A stretch of DNA of 64,000 nucleotides from Haliotis rufescens (GCF_023055435.1 NW_025964223.1:54188001-54252000), one strand, 5' to 3'; numbered from the stretch's first letter, positions 14,201 to 29,200 are shown. The notes: a model not told the origin generated them from the letters alone. Translations and numbers: made by a program.

Positions 14201-17200
14201 TCACACCAACCTCTCTCCTCTGTCACACCCACCACTCTCCTCTGTCACACCCACCACTCTCCTCTGTCACACCTACCACTCTTCTCTGTCACACCCACCA
14301 CTCTCCTCTGTCACACCAACCTCCCTCCTCTGTCACACCCACCACTCTTCTCTGTCACACCCACCACTCTCCTCTGTCACACCCACCACTCTCCTCTGCC
14401 ACACCCACCTCTCTCCTGTCACACCTACCCCTCTCCTCAGTCACACCCACCACTCTCCTCTGTCACACTTACATCTCTCCTCTGTCACACCTACCCCTCT
14501 CCTCTGTCACACCCACCACTCTCCTCTGTCACACTTACATCTCTCCTCTGTCACACCTACCACTCTCCTCTGTCACTTCGCCATCCTCAGCCTCTGTAAT
14601 GTCCGCCTGAGGTCCCGGCTTCACAGCCAGATTCCGCCTCAACCACGTCGTCTGCTCCAGTGATGACCCAGCAATTGTTCCCACGGCTTCCAGAACCTTC
14701 TGAGTGATCTCCTGTAGATCCTTCTGGTTCTTCTTCTCATCCATTGTTGGGGTCTTCTGTACAAACTCATTCAGGATCCTACACACAAACATATGGCAAT
14801 AGCATCACAAACCAAAGCAGGGATAGGTGTAGCAAACGAACTTTACAAATAAACAAAAAAATACACTGTTTGAATATTCCCCAATCTCCTTCTAAAATAT
14901 TCTTACAATGTGAAAACATCACTTTAAGTAAATCAAAAGCTAATAGAGGCACATTAACTGAGTGAATGTTTCTATGTGTTTAAGATATTTGTTGGCACAC
15001 CCACAAGACGTCATAAAGTGAGACTTAACACCAGACAGGCCATATAAGCAAATGTCCAAACATGTTTTCAGATGGAAAACACCTAAACCGTTATAGTTAT
15101 CATTGGTGTAAATAAATACTCAGCAATATATCAAGAGCATCAATCCACGCAATTGGAATACTATGACGTGCATCAATCAAGTCAGCGAGCCTGACCATCC
15201 GATCCCATTAGTCGCCTCTTTCGTCAAGCATGGATTGCTGAAGATCTATTCTAACCCATATCATCACGGGTCATGAAAAAAATGTCTTGAAGTTGAGAGT
15301 CCAAAGCAATAACGTACTCGAGTAGCAGGAACTGGCCCGGGGGAACCAGATTGAGCTGGAGCCCCTCCCTGAACAGCCCCAGCAGGGACGGCCAGGAGTC
15401 CAACAACGCCACTGACCCGGTCTGCTGGATGTAGGCATAGAAGAACTGCAGCATGTTTACTTCTAGGGGAACCACCTTCTGCAACACACACGTTACTTGG
15501 GTCACAGATGATGGTACATAGTTACAACGGCAACACACATGTTACTTGGGTCACAGATGATGGTACATAGTTACAACGGCAACACACACGTTACTTGGGT
15601 CACAGATAATGGTACATAGTTACAACGGCAACACACACGTTACTTGGGTCACAGATGATGGTACATAGTTACAACGGCAACACACACGTTACTTGGGTCA
15701 CAGATAATGGTACATAGTTACAACGGCAACACACATGTTACTTGGGTCACAGATGATGGTACATAGTTACAACGGCAACACACACGTTACTTGGGTCACA
15801 GATGATGGTACATAGTTACAATGGCAACACACACGTTACTTGGGTCACAGATGATGGTACATAGTTACAACGGCAACACACACGTTACTTGGGTCACAGA
15901 TGATGGTACATAGTTACAACGGCAACACACATGTTACTTGGGTCACAGATGATGGTACATAGTTACAACGGCAACACACACGTTACTTGGGTCACAGATA
16001 ATGGTACATAGTTACAACGGCAACACACATGTTACTTGGGTCACAGATGATGGTACATAGTTACAACGGCAACACACACGTTACTTGGGTCACAGATAAT
16101 GGTACATAGTTACAACGGCAACACACATGTTACTTGGGTCACAGATGATGGTACATAGTTACAACGGCAACACACACGTTACTTGGGTCACAGATGATGG
16201 TACATAGTTACAACTACAGACGCTGGGACATCATTACATCCTTCGGCCATGTCTATTAATCGCCAATATTAATATTATAAGCATAAAAGATATCTCCCCA
16301 CTGATGTTGGAAGTCTCATAATTCGGAACCATATTATTGACCTTAGTGCCCTTATAGCTTATTTCAGTTAAGAAGCTTGTTTTGAAAATACTGGTGGAAA
16401 GAAAAAAAGAAGCTAAATAAAGGGAAGCATGTTTGACACAACTTTGACAACAAAGACCATGATTTCTCTTGCTATTTTGATGTGGCAACCAGGTATATTT
16501 ATCAACCACACTAATGAACTTTCCTCTTGTGATCCTGATGTGTTCCTGATGTGTTTCCTATCTTTATCCCATCAACATATATGACAGACCCATCTACAAG
16601 TATCCACCAAAGATCAAACAAGCAGGAAGTCAAAAAATCAAAATTTCATATTTTTTTTTATCAAGGAATCCACCCCTCCAAGCTTAGAAATTATCAGATC
16701 AGCACCAGTACCATAACCAGTATCCTTATATCGATATCCACATGAACAGATATGAAAGCTGCAGGTGCGACTCACCTTGCCCTGTCCCAGCTCGGCAGGG
16801 GGAGGCTGTTTGAGAACCTGCTTCACGGTCTGTATGAGAGTGTCTGTGGGAAGGACTCTGATGGCAGCCACAAGCTCCACCAGCAACAGCTGGTCTTCAC
16901 ACGGCTGGGGGATCACCTGCAATACAGCAAGCAATGTCCTGATTCCGTCACATAGTAAACAATAACTTGATTCTGTCCCACAGCAGATGATGCTGTGGTT
17001 CATCACACAGTAAACAATGTGAAAAATAGATTTTTATTTATTTGTTGTTTAATGCCGCACTCAGCAATATTCAGACTATATGACGGCAGTCTGTAAATAA
17101 TCAAGTCTGGACCAGACAATCCAGTGATAGACATCATCATCATCAGTCCATGCAGTTGGAATCGATGACATGCATCAACCAAGTCAGCGAGCCTAACCAT

Positions 17201-20200
17201 CCGATCCTGTTAGTTGCCTCTTACGACAGGCATAGTCACCTTTTAGGGCAAGCATGGGTTCCTGAAGACCTATTCTAACCCCTGATCTTCACGGGTCTGA
17301 AAAATAGTAATAACACACTAATAGTTATCATGTTCTTGCAACAGTAAGGCCTCATGTAAGCTTTTTTCTCACCCTCTTTGTAACGCCGATAGGCTTCTTC
17401 CTTCTGTCATTCCAGGCCACAGCGAAGGCCCCGAGGAGGTTGGTGCCGTGGGGAACAGAGACGGGGCTGAGGAACTCAAGCACCTGCTGCCTAATCACCT
17501 GTAACAGAACATACAGACGTCACAAACAAACCAAATACAAGGCAACAGTACATGTCAAGCTCCTACTCTTGCCATTACTCCTAAGCTGGACATATCCCCC
17601 TACCCTGTATCTGTATAGCAAGTTTCAACAAGAAATATTTAATGGTTCTAAGTGTCTGCTCCGGTAAAGGAAAACAACTTGTTTTCGATATGAAAAATCA
17701 TTAAAACAAAACGAAATAAAAAGAACAAAAATCCCAAATCATCAAAAGGCACCAGTTCCCTACTAGTTCTGCTCCGGAAACGGAAAACAGATGGCTGACA
17801 GACAAGCTGATCGTTCCATCCCCCAGTTTTTAAAACCATCAGGATGTTGAGAAGCATACATGACTCCATCTTCCCGAGGCAAGAGAGTTAACTGACTACA
17901 AAAGTCCAGTTTCCACCCTTGCCGAACTAGACTGGTATATACAAGTCTATGCATAGTCCAATCAAAATCGCACAACGAAATTGAACTCCTGTTCGTAAAC
18001 TGTCAGGCAGATTTCGGTGGATTGCAGGATTTGTGAAGCATGTGCACCGCCAACTCGTCAACAGATATTTTCCAAATCTTTTCATGTTTTTAATCAAGGT
18101 GCTCATGTGATTTGATGCACTTTGCAATGTAAGATTACAATATAGACCTTGATTATCAATCAGATCGTCTTGACTGGGTGCCACCATTTTGTTTGAAGCA
18201 AATGCAAGTGATACGAGAGGTGGAATCTGATTGGTCTATAGGAGAGGCATGGAAGGACATAACTTGTAATAGCCACTGGTGGCGCTACGATCGAGCCCAG
18301 GAATTCCAGCCTAGTTCAGCAAGGGTGGAAACTGGACTTTTAAAGTCAGTTAACTCTCTTGCCTGGGAAGATGACATGACTCCAGTAACACAATGTTCAT
18401 TATAGTAAATGGTGAAACATCATGCTTTCTCAAATATTCTTTTGACATGGTCACCAGGAATATCTATCAAACACACACGTGTACTTCCTCTGGTGATACT
18501 GATGTGTTACATTGCACTTTATGTCAGCTCAGACCCAACACACCACCCTCGAAGCCAGGAATCATGATACCCGGGCTGACATACCATCCATTCACTCACC
18601 TTGGGACACTCAATCCACCTAGCCAAATGATACCCGGCAAGATAAACCAGCCACTGTCCCACCTTGGGAGACCCAATACTCCACCCACGTGACACACCAG
18701 CCACTGACCCACCTTAAGAGACCCAATACTCCACCCACGTGACACACCAGCCACTGACCCACCTTGAGAGACCCAACACTGCAGCCACCTGACACACCAG
18801 CCACTGACCCACCTTAAGAGACCCAATACTCCACCCACATGACACACCAGCCACTGACCCACCTTGAGAGACCCAACACTGCAGCCACATGACACACCAG
18901 CCACTGACCCACCTTAAGAGACCCAATACTCCACCCACATGACACACCAGCCACTCGCTTACCTTGGAAGACCCAACACTGCAGCCACCGGACACATCAG
19001 CTACTGGCCCACCTTGAGAGACCCAACAATCCACACACATGACACATCAGCCACTGACCCACCTTGAGAGACCCGACAATCCACACACATGACACACCAG
19101 CCACTCGCTCATCTTGGGAGGCACAACACTCCACACACATGACACACCAGCCACTCGCTCACCTTGAGAGTCCCAACACTCCACCCACATGACACACCAG
19201 CCACTGACCCACCTTGAGAGACCCAACACTGCAGCCACCTGACACACCAGCCACTGACCCACCTTGAGAGACCCAACACTGCAGCCACCTGACACACCAG
19301 CCACTGACCCACCTTAAGAGACCCAATACTCCACCCACATGACACACCAGCCACTGACCCACCTTGAGAGACCCAACACTCCACCTACATGACACACCAG
19401 CCACTGACCCAACTTGAGAGACCCAACACTCCACCCACCTGACACACCAGCCACTGACCCACCTTGAGAGACCCAATACTCCACCCACGTGACACACCAG
19501 CCACTGACCCAACTTGAGAGACCCAACACTCCACCCACCTGACACACCAGCCACTGACCCACCTTGAGAGACCCAACACTGCAGCCACCTGACACACCAG
19601 CCACTGACCCACCTTGAGAGACCCAACACTGCAGCCACCTGACACACCAGCCACTCTCTCACCTTGGAAGGCACAACACTCCACCCACATGACACACCAG
19701 CTACTCGCTCACCTTGGGAGAGCCAACACTCCACCCACATGACACACCAGCTACTCGCTCACCTTGGGAGGCACAACACTCCACACAAAAGACACACCAG
19801 CTACTCGCTCACCTTGGGAGAGCCAACACTCCACCCACATGACACACCAGCTACTCGCTCACCTTGGGAGGCACAACACTCCACACACAAGACACACCAG
19901 CCACTTGCTCACCTTGGGAGGCACAACACTCCACACACAAGACACACCAGCTACTCGCTCACCTTGGGAGGCACAACACTCCACACACAAGACACACCAG
20001 CTACTCGCTCACCTTGGGAGGCACAACACTCCACACACAAGACACACCAGCTACTCGCTCACCTTGGGAGGCACAACACTCCACACACAAGACACACCAG
20101 CTACTCGCTCACCTTGGAAGCACAACGCTCCACACACAAGACACACCAGCTACTCGCTCACCTTGGGAGGCACAACACTCCACACACAAGACACACCAGC

Positions 20201-23200
20201 TACTCGCTCACCTTGGGAGGCACAACACTCCACACACAAGACACACCAGCTACTTGCTCACCTTGGGAGGCACAACACTCCACACACAAGACACACCAGC
20301 TACTCGCTTACCTTGGGAGGCACAACACTCCACACACAAGACACACCAGCTACTCGCTTACCTTGGGAGGCACAACACTCCACACACAAGACACACCAGC
20401 TACTCGCTTACCTTGGGAGGCACAACACTCCACACACAAGACACACCAGCTACTCGCTTACCTTGGGAGGCACAACACTCCACACACAAGACACACCAGC
20501 TACTCGCTTACCTTGGAAGCACAACGCTTCACACACAAGACACACCAGCTACTCGCTCACCTTGGGAGGCACAACGCTCCACCCACATGACACACCAGCT
20601 ACTCGCTCACCTTGGGAGGCACAACACTCCACACACAAGACACACATGACACACCAGCTACTCGCTCACCTTGGGAGGCACAACGCTCCACACACATGAC
20701 ACACCAGCTACTCGCTCACCTTGGAAGCACAACGCTTCACCCACAAGACACACATGACACACCAGCTACTCGCTCACCTTGGAAGCACAACGCTTCACCC
20801 ACAAGACACACAAGACACACCAGCTACTCGCTCACCTTGGGAGGCACAACACTCCACACACAAGACACACATGACACACCAGCTACTCGCTCACCTTGGG
20901 AGGCACAACGCTCCACACACATGACACACCAGCTACTCGCTCACCTTGGAAGCACAACGCTTCACCCACAAGACACACATGACACACCAGCTACTCGCTC
21001 ACCTTGGAAGCACAACGCTTCACCCACAAGACACACATGACACACCAGCTACTCGCTCACCTTGGAAGCACAACACTCCACACACAAGACACACCAGCTA
21101 CTCGCTCACCTTGGGAGCACAACACTCCACACACAAGACACACCAGCTACTCGCTCACCTTGGAAGCACAACACTCCACACACAAGACACACCAGCTACT
21201 CGCTCACCTTGGGAGGCACAACACTCCACACACAAGACACACCAGCTACTCGCTCACCTTGGGAGGCACAACACTCCACACACAAGACACACCAGCTACT
21301 CGCTCACCTTGGGAGGCACAACACTCCACACACAAGACACACCAGCTACTCGCTCACCTTGGGAGAGCCAAGAGCCAGGAAGCCCTCCTTCACGAGTGCC
21401 TTGGCCTCGGGCACCTTGACGGCGTTGATGGCCCTCCATAGGGTGGACATGCAGGCCATGATGCGGGGCAGGATGCTCAGTAGCGTCCTCCGTGCCTCCA
21501 GCACCGGGTTGTTGGGGGAGTCATCTCGTTGAGGACTCGTCTCCTGGACATACCAGGCAGTCAAATCATAATAAGGCTAATAATAACGCTCTTATTAGAA
21601 TATTATTTTGGTGGAAAAAAAATAGTTGAAAGATAAATTTCTTGGTTTATGCTTACAGTCTGAAATTTTTATATACGACAGATATATTTTTCAAGAACTT
21701 AATTGCCCATAATTAAGGGTTCATATAGCACATGAGTGCGTATTATACGCGAATAAATAAGTCTTGTGTACATTGATCAATCGGAAGGGGTGCTAATTGG
21801 GATTGTTCACAAGCCTATATATTAGCAAATATCGCCGTGGGCGCTTATTAGAGCGGGGCGCTTATTACATCGAATACGGTACTTGGATGGAAGTGATTAA
21901 GAAAGAGACTTTATAAACTTTTACCTTTTTTTATTCAATTATTGCTAATCAGAAATGTAGAAGTGCAATGTAAATTCTACAGTGCAAACCTGCTAAGTTT
22001 TCTTAGAGAAAGATCAGAAGCCCCCAGTGGTCATGGTGGTGAGTAACATATTGAAGAAAACTGACATTAAACAAGGAACGGAGGAGGGGATATCATAACT
22101 GCAGCTACTCCAGTTTCATGGATCCCATCACAGCATTTCTAACTACAGCACTATATACCAAGACATATATCACAGATCTGCCTACCAGGCCTACCCTGCT
22201 GCTATTGATGGGGTTGAAAACGTGGATGAGGTTTGTGAGTATATGTCCAGCGCTGGCCGTCTCTGTGCTGATGAGGCAGGCTGTGGGTGCGGGCTGGCCG
22301 ATGGACATCGGGGAAACGTTGTCCAGCAGGCAGTAGTGACACAGGGTGGTCAGTCCTTCCAACATGGTCACCGTGTGGTCAGGAGGGGCTAGCTGCAGCA
22401 GGGCCGAGCTGCGGTCAGAACGACAAGGTACAAGTACAGAGAAGTCCAGTTAGTCTGCGCCCCATTAGTCTGAAGATCTCCCAAGCCAGGGCCCCATGGA
22501 GTCATCTTAGCACTACAACGGTCTTAAGTCCTTGTTAAAGTATGGGAGTTCTGATTGTCTCTGTGCTACAGTTGCCTTGTGGCATGGGCCCTGTCTAACA
22601 CAGCGATTGTAGCACGACACCTGTCTTAAGTCTACAGAGCTTCAGATAGACTTTTGGTGTTGTGGGTATTTTACCCATGCATTTTAAAATCATTGGGTAT
22701 CAGTAATTCTATCTGGGTATTCAAATTTCTGTTACCCACTAGTTTTTACACATGTGGGTATTTAAGTTAAATATTTAAAAACACTATTCGTTTAGTCCCT
22801 GCAAACTGTTGTCGTGTAGGTTCGAGAGCTTTATAGGACTAAAAAATACTGCGATACTTCCACAAGAAAGTGTGATGGCAAATGATCATGATGTAACTGT
22901 CACCGTTGAGTTTGGCAAGGTTGACGGAATGTCCGTATATAATTTCAAAATAAGTAGCTGATTTGCTAATCGAATACGCAGGGTTACTTAACACTATTTT
23001 GATGATACACACTAGTTTTATTTTTGTAGCATATCTGTAATGTTCGTTGCGTATTTGATACGCTTGAATTTTATTTCATTGCGTATTTCTGAATTTCTGA
23101 TGCGTATTTTACGCAGATACACAGCTTATCTGGAGTGAGTGAGTGAGTGAGTGAGTGAGTGAGTTGGGTTTAACGCCGCTTTTAACAGTATTCCAGTTAT

Positions 23201-26200
23201 ATTGCGGCGTGTCAGCTTAATGTGGGAGGAAAGCCCGAAGTGATACAGGCGTCAGACGTTTACCCCTTTGGTGAAACCCACGAGCACGGGTATGGTGCTG
23301 ACAAACCTAGAAACATAATCGGGGTGAACCGGGATTCGAACCCACAATCATAGGTTTCTGGCGTGTCCAAGGGACGCAACTCTGCACAGCGAATCGTGCC
23401 GCCTTAGATGACTCGGCCACCCGTTCCCCCCAGCTTATCTGGAGCTCTGGTCCATGTTAAAGTATGGAAGATATTTGCTTCGAGGAACGAAGCCCTGAAG
23501 ATGATCATTAGAAATGTCCATATACAATTAAAGGGCGATTCGGACCTGTTATCTGTGCATCTGTACATGAGTTGATCTCAACAATTTCACTGGTTAACAG
23601 GAGCGTTTTGGTTATTTTCCTAATAATTTTTTGAGGTGGTATTTTGATTTTCTATTTGGTAATTATTCTTGTGTGATTTCAATGCTGTCCTCAGCCCCGC
23701 CTCCATCTACACGACAGACACGGGTCCCTAGGTTGTCGGCACACTAACGGCGTTCACAGGAACATCGCCAGCACTGAGTGCGCAAGGATGATGTCATCAC
23801 TGGACAGTGAGTGAGTGAGTGAGTGAATATGGTTTTACGCCGCTTTTAGCAATATTCCAGCAATATCACGGCGGGGGACACCAGAAATGGGCTTCACACA
23901 TTGTACCCATGTCGGGAATCGAACCCGGGTCTTCAGCGTGACGAGCGAACGCTTTAACCACTAGGCTACCCGACCGCCCTCATCACTGGACAGAGAAATC
24001 ACTGGACTAAAAACAACTGGGAGGAGAGATGACCTGTACTGAAACTAGATCTTGTATTAGGATCAGTGTGCTTGCCAAGTCGATATACTGATCCTATATA
24101 TCTCAGGATATACAGAGCTCCAGATAAGCTGCGTATCTGCGTGAAATACACATAAAAAATGCAGAAATATGCAGTAAAATAAAATCCAAGCGTATCAAAT
24201 ACGCAACGAACATTACTGATACGCTACAAAAATAAAACTAGTGCGTATCATCAAAATAGTGTTAAGTAACCCTGCGTATTCGATTAGCAAATCAGCAACT
24301 TATTTTGAAATTATAAACGGGCATTCCGTCAACCTTGCCAAACTCCACGATGACAGTTACATCATGATCATTTGCGGTCACACTTTCTTGTGGAAGTATC
24401 GTGGTATTTTTGAGTCCTATAAAGCTCTCGAACCCACACGACACCAGTTTGCAGGGACCCTATGAATAGTGTTTTTAAATATTTAACTTAAATACCCACA
24501 TGTGTAAAAACTAGTGGGTAACAGAAATTTGAATACCCAGATAGAATTACTGATACCCAATGATTTTAAAATGCATGGCTAAAATACCCACAACACCAAA
24601 AGCTTATCTGGAGCTCTGGATATACCTTTAAATTTACCTACTTACAGAGGCATATACTGTAGCCATAGTAGAGAACAATAACATCGAACTCCATGCATTA
24701 CCTAAAACTAATGAAATCACTATGTATCCCAAATGGGAGGATCAATGCTCATGACGTCAATCACTGGATTGTCTGGTCCAGACTTGATTATTTACAGACT
24801 ACCGTCATGTAGCTGGAATATTGCTGAGTGCGGCGTTCAACAACAAACAAACAAACACTATGACTGTCTGTGCCAAAACGTTTTTGAGTATATAAGCCCA
24901 AATTTTCATTTCAGATTCTAATGTAATATTGAGTATTATCAGCTGAGCTTACTAAACCGAACCGGTGATCTGAGGTGAAATTGGGTTTAACTTTCGCATC
25001 CGAGATTACTGCGCTTATATAGCGACATGCATGCATGTGTGTGTGTGGCTGCTTGTACTAGTCCGGACTGATGCCGTTTTATAGTGCTAGCTCACTGAGA
25101 TACCATGCTGCAGTTTAACATGAATACCCCACTCAGACACAGTATTCTGACTCCAAGCCGAGCAGTCCTTGTTTTAGTCCCTTAATGCTGAGCGCCAGAC
25201 AGGGTAACAACAAGTACCATCTTTTAACGTCTTTTGGTACGACGCATCCGGGTATCGAACCCCGGACCTTCCGCTCTACCACTAGACCACGGAGGCGGTC
25301 TCTAACAGACATTTACTAGACACAGGCTTTGGACTGAAGTCAGAGGCTGCTGTGCTAATCATGCCAAGTATTGTAAGTAAGTTGAAAATGATGATACCAG
25401 CTGTCCCCAGTGTACCAGTATCACAGAATCATCACTGGACCAGACTGGGCTAAAACATATTTATCCTAAAACAGACAATTTTTAATAATTTCTAATCCAA
25501 TTACCACTTACCAAAGCAGCCATGTGTAAACATGTGTTAAAGAATCCCTCACCTTTTCTTACTGTTCATGACATACTCTCCAGCAATGACTTCCAGGTTC
25601 CGACAGAGTTGAGACACAATACACAGGACCACTCTGGACAACGCTTTCCCCATATATGGGAGTGCTGATGTTACCATGGCAACCCAGTGTCGATGCATAT
25701 GGCACATGTGATGCTGCTTCAGCGTGCTCAGAACACCAGATAAAAACATTGTCTGTTGCACGATGGGTAAAGATGCCGAATAATGAACCTTTAAGAGTGA
25801 GGCCTGAAAGTTCACTCTAGTCCGGTCCCAGTCAGATACTCCATTCTGATTGGCCGCTTCAGGGTCAGAATAGGTTCCATAAATCTGTTCCTCTAGCATG
25901 ATCATGACGAGAATCAAGTTGAGCAATTTAATCTGGAATGTTTCGTTAGCACACGGGTCAAGTCCTTCTTCGTTAAACGCGATAATCGCCTCGGTGATTT
26001 TGGTCTTGTTTTCTGGATTTTTCTTTCTGTTGTTGTACACACTGGCGAGCAAACAATGAAGCAAAGCTTTCTGAAGCTTGCACTTTGACAACAAGTCTCC
26101 AATGTAGGATCGGAAACTCTTCCCACTATCTCTCATAATACTGACAAGTTCGGACATCAACAAGGTCAAAATCTCCGTAGCCATAATATGCACCTCTTTG

Positions 26201-29200
26201 TTGCCTAGCAACTCTTCCGACGATGGTTTACTGATCATCAGATTTGGATAATAACTCCTCACATAATACAGACACAGAGAGATAACAATCTCAATAAACA
26301 TGTTGCTACGGTAACCAGATAGCACCTCAGGAGGAAGCTCCCCAAAGAAGTTCTTCCCAAATACTGACTTCCTGTGTCGGGCAAGTAAAGTCTGTATCTT
26401 AGTCATGTGAGGAGCACGGATTGCACTGATGCTTGTGGTGGACATGGCTGTTACCACAAGTCGTGGACACATGGTCAACATGGCCTTGATGGTGGAGAGA
26501 GCATACAGTGCTCGCTTGTAGTCATATTTCTGTGTATAGAGCAGAATATGCATATGGAGTGTGTGTATGTCTGTGGATCGTTCATCCTCATCTTCCACAA
26601 CTTGTCGGAGGTCATTTTCACTGCTGGACAGTGAGTCTATCTCCAGACCTCTTTTACCAATGGCGTTCAACAAGTCATGGTCCCCTAAAATACTACCATC
26701 TTTGGAAGTTAAGCTTATGGTACGTTCAGCTTCACGCCTCGAGAACCCATCCGACTGAGCAGTGGAAACAGCCTTGTGAAGGATTTCTTCGAGCATCTCT
26801 CTCACAAAGTCCTCATTTGTCATTTCGGCCTCAAATGCCTCATCATCATCAGTTGATTCGGTATTCGCTTCCTCTGCAGGATCAAAAAAGATTCCTTCCT
26901 TCTTACATGTCTCCTTGTCCAGCCTCCTGGCTGATGTCAGATTAGGCATGGAGGCTGAATGGGGCATCTCGAACCCGTCAAATATCAGCTTGTCCAGTGA
27001 GTTCTGGGAACCAAACGGATTGATCCTCAAATTGAGGTCATCTGGGTTGACTCGGTCGAAAGCATTGTCTACATCTACATTCTTGCTTCGTGCTGTTGTG
27101 GCAGATCCTTTCTCGCTCATCACAGTCATAGCAACAGATTTCAAATCTTCTGTAGTCTTCTGGGAAAATCTGTTCCCTTCTTGACTCACATGGAAGATGA
27201 CGTTGCCACCTTCGCTGCTGATGGCATAGATTTTTGCATTAAAGTCATCTTCATCACCAGATTCTGACAGCTGAACTTTCTTTGGTTTGTGAACATTCAC
27301 ATGCTGGATCGAGATTCTGAAAGAAAGGAAAAAAGTTCACGATCTGGCCGAGTTTCAGGTTGAAACTGCATGACATTTCCTGCATATTGAAATGTTTGGG
27401 GCTTTTTTGAAACAAATTTATTTCTTGAGGGCATAAAATATAATCTGGTAGAGTAGTAATAGGCTCAAACAGAGGCCAGAGTTCCAGGATATTGAACACT
27501 TTTTTCATAGTTTTTATTCACTTTGCAAATTCATTTCTTAGGGAATCCAATTAGAATCTCCCGGTTTCAGTCTCAAACTGTGTTCTACTTAATGTATACT
27601 AAAATGAGTTTGTTTTTGTCAGATAATAAAAAATTCATGTCTTGAAGAAACAAAATTTGAGCTCTTATGAAAATCAATCCCACAAAGTAGGGCTGGGATG
27701 AGTATAAATTTACTACCTGGGTACCCAGCCCTTTATTACCTGACCCTACCTGGGTACCTGCTGGAGGTCTCAAGGGATAGGTACAAAATGTCTAATTGGG
27801 AAACGTTTGACCGTACTCCTGTCAAAATACACGTATAAACCAATCTGGTCATGCAAAAATACTGGTCATGCATATACCGAAGTTCACTAAAGTTTTATCT
27901 TATGCAAACACATAAAGTCAGAAGGAATGTGTGCAAAGTCAGGAAGAATTGTCATCATTTATCACTTATAGGTTAACCATAGAGTTCTAGATCATTTTTG
28001 CCATTAAACAACATATCACGTGACTAACCACGGGTCCTACTCAGTACCCACCCGACCCAAGTACCCGAGTTACCCGTCCCAGCCCTACCACAAAGTAATG
28101 TGGATGACACACTGCAGTTCCTTCTGTGGCTGTCCCCTGTGCTGTAATGGCTAATCTCACCTGGCTGTGTCTGGGTGCAGCAACATGAGCAGCAGCGGCT
28201 GCAGCACCCTGTTGATGTCGCCGCGCTGCACCACATGTGTCAGCCATGTTGCTGCCAGGGTCTTTGTGGCATTAGACTCTTCCTTCAGGTAGTCAAGCAC
28301 CACAAACATCGATCTGGAGGAAAACAATCACAGGCTTTAGTTCCTAGTCCCAAGTCCATGTGTAGCAGTGGTGGATTGATCGAATCGATGATTCATCAAT
28401 CAATCTTGATATTCAAAACAATCATTAATTGCACAAATGTCTAATTGATAAAGCAATTCCGTATCTCTCATTAGCTTCACAATTTGCAGAAACAAATGAA
28501 GCAAGTAATGTAACATATGTAGGATTGTCTTCCATGTTAGAATTAGCAGATGTCTTTAGTTATCATGATAATAGTTGATTAATAATCAATTTAAGAGCTG
28601 CAAGTGTTGATATTCAGGGTGAAACTAGCACAAATGTCAAGCAAACTTTAAATTTGGTTCACAAGCTAAAGCCCATGAAATACAGTTAAGTTCTACTTCT
28701 CATCATTAGGTCAAGTCATGACCTGTAGACTGATATAGCTGCAAAGCAAACTTGGAAGACAATGTTCGAGAGGGATCAGTGGCATTAATTAAATGGTGGT
28801 CTGGTGACCTAGTGTTATTTTTGGTAATTAATCTTATGGGAAATAAATATCTGGCTGAAACAAGTACCAGTAAGTTAACCAGCACTAATTATTCTTATAT
28901 TTTATTTGGTAAACAATGAAATATATCACTGACCTATATGTATCCATAGAAATGGCATCATGTTGTTGTTGTTTGTTCTCTTAGCCGCACTCAGCAATAT
29001 TCCAGCTATATGATGGCGGTCTGTAAATAATCGAGTCTGGAGCCTGACAACCCGATCCCGTTAGTCGCCTCTTACCACAAGCATAGTCACATTTTACAGC
29101 AAGCATGGGTTGCTGAAGACCTATTCTACCCAAGATCTTTATGGGTCAGAAATGACATCAAACAGTAAGCGGTATCCAACTAACGATTGAGTGAGTGAGA

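Noticed and set aside
13518-14610. Pro/Ser/Thr-rich mucin-like ORFs on plus
   Set aside because: Translations of two minisatellites antisense to Dopey intron 16.
18596-21532. ORFs up to 311 aa, and a CRISPR-like regularity
   Set aside because: These are translations of the 50-bp minisatellite; there are no unique spacers or cas genes, and the context is eukaryotic.
26407-27184. Plus-strand ORFs over large exons (also 11571-11951 and 32838-33493)
   Set aside because: Antisense shadows of Dopey coding exons.
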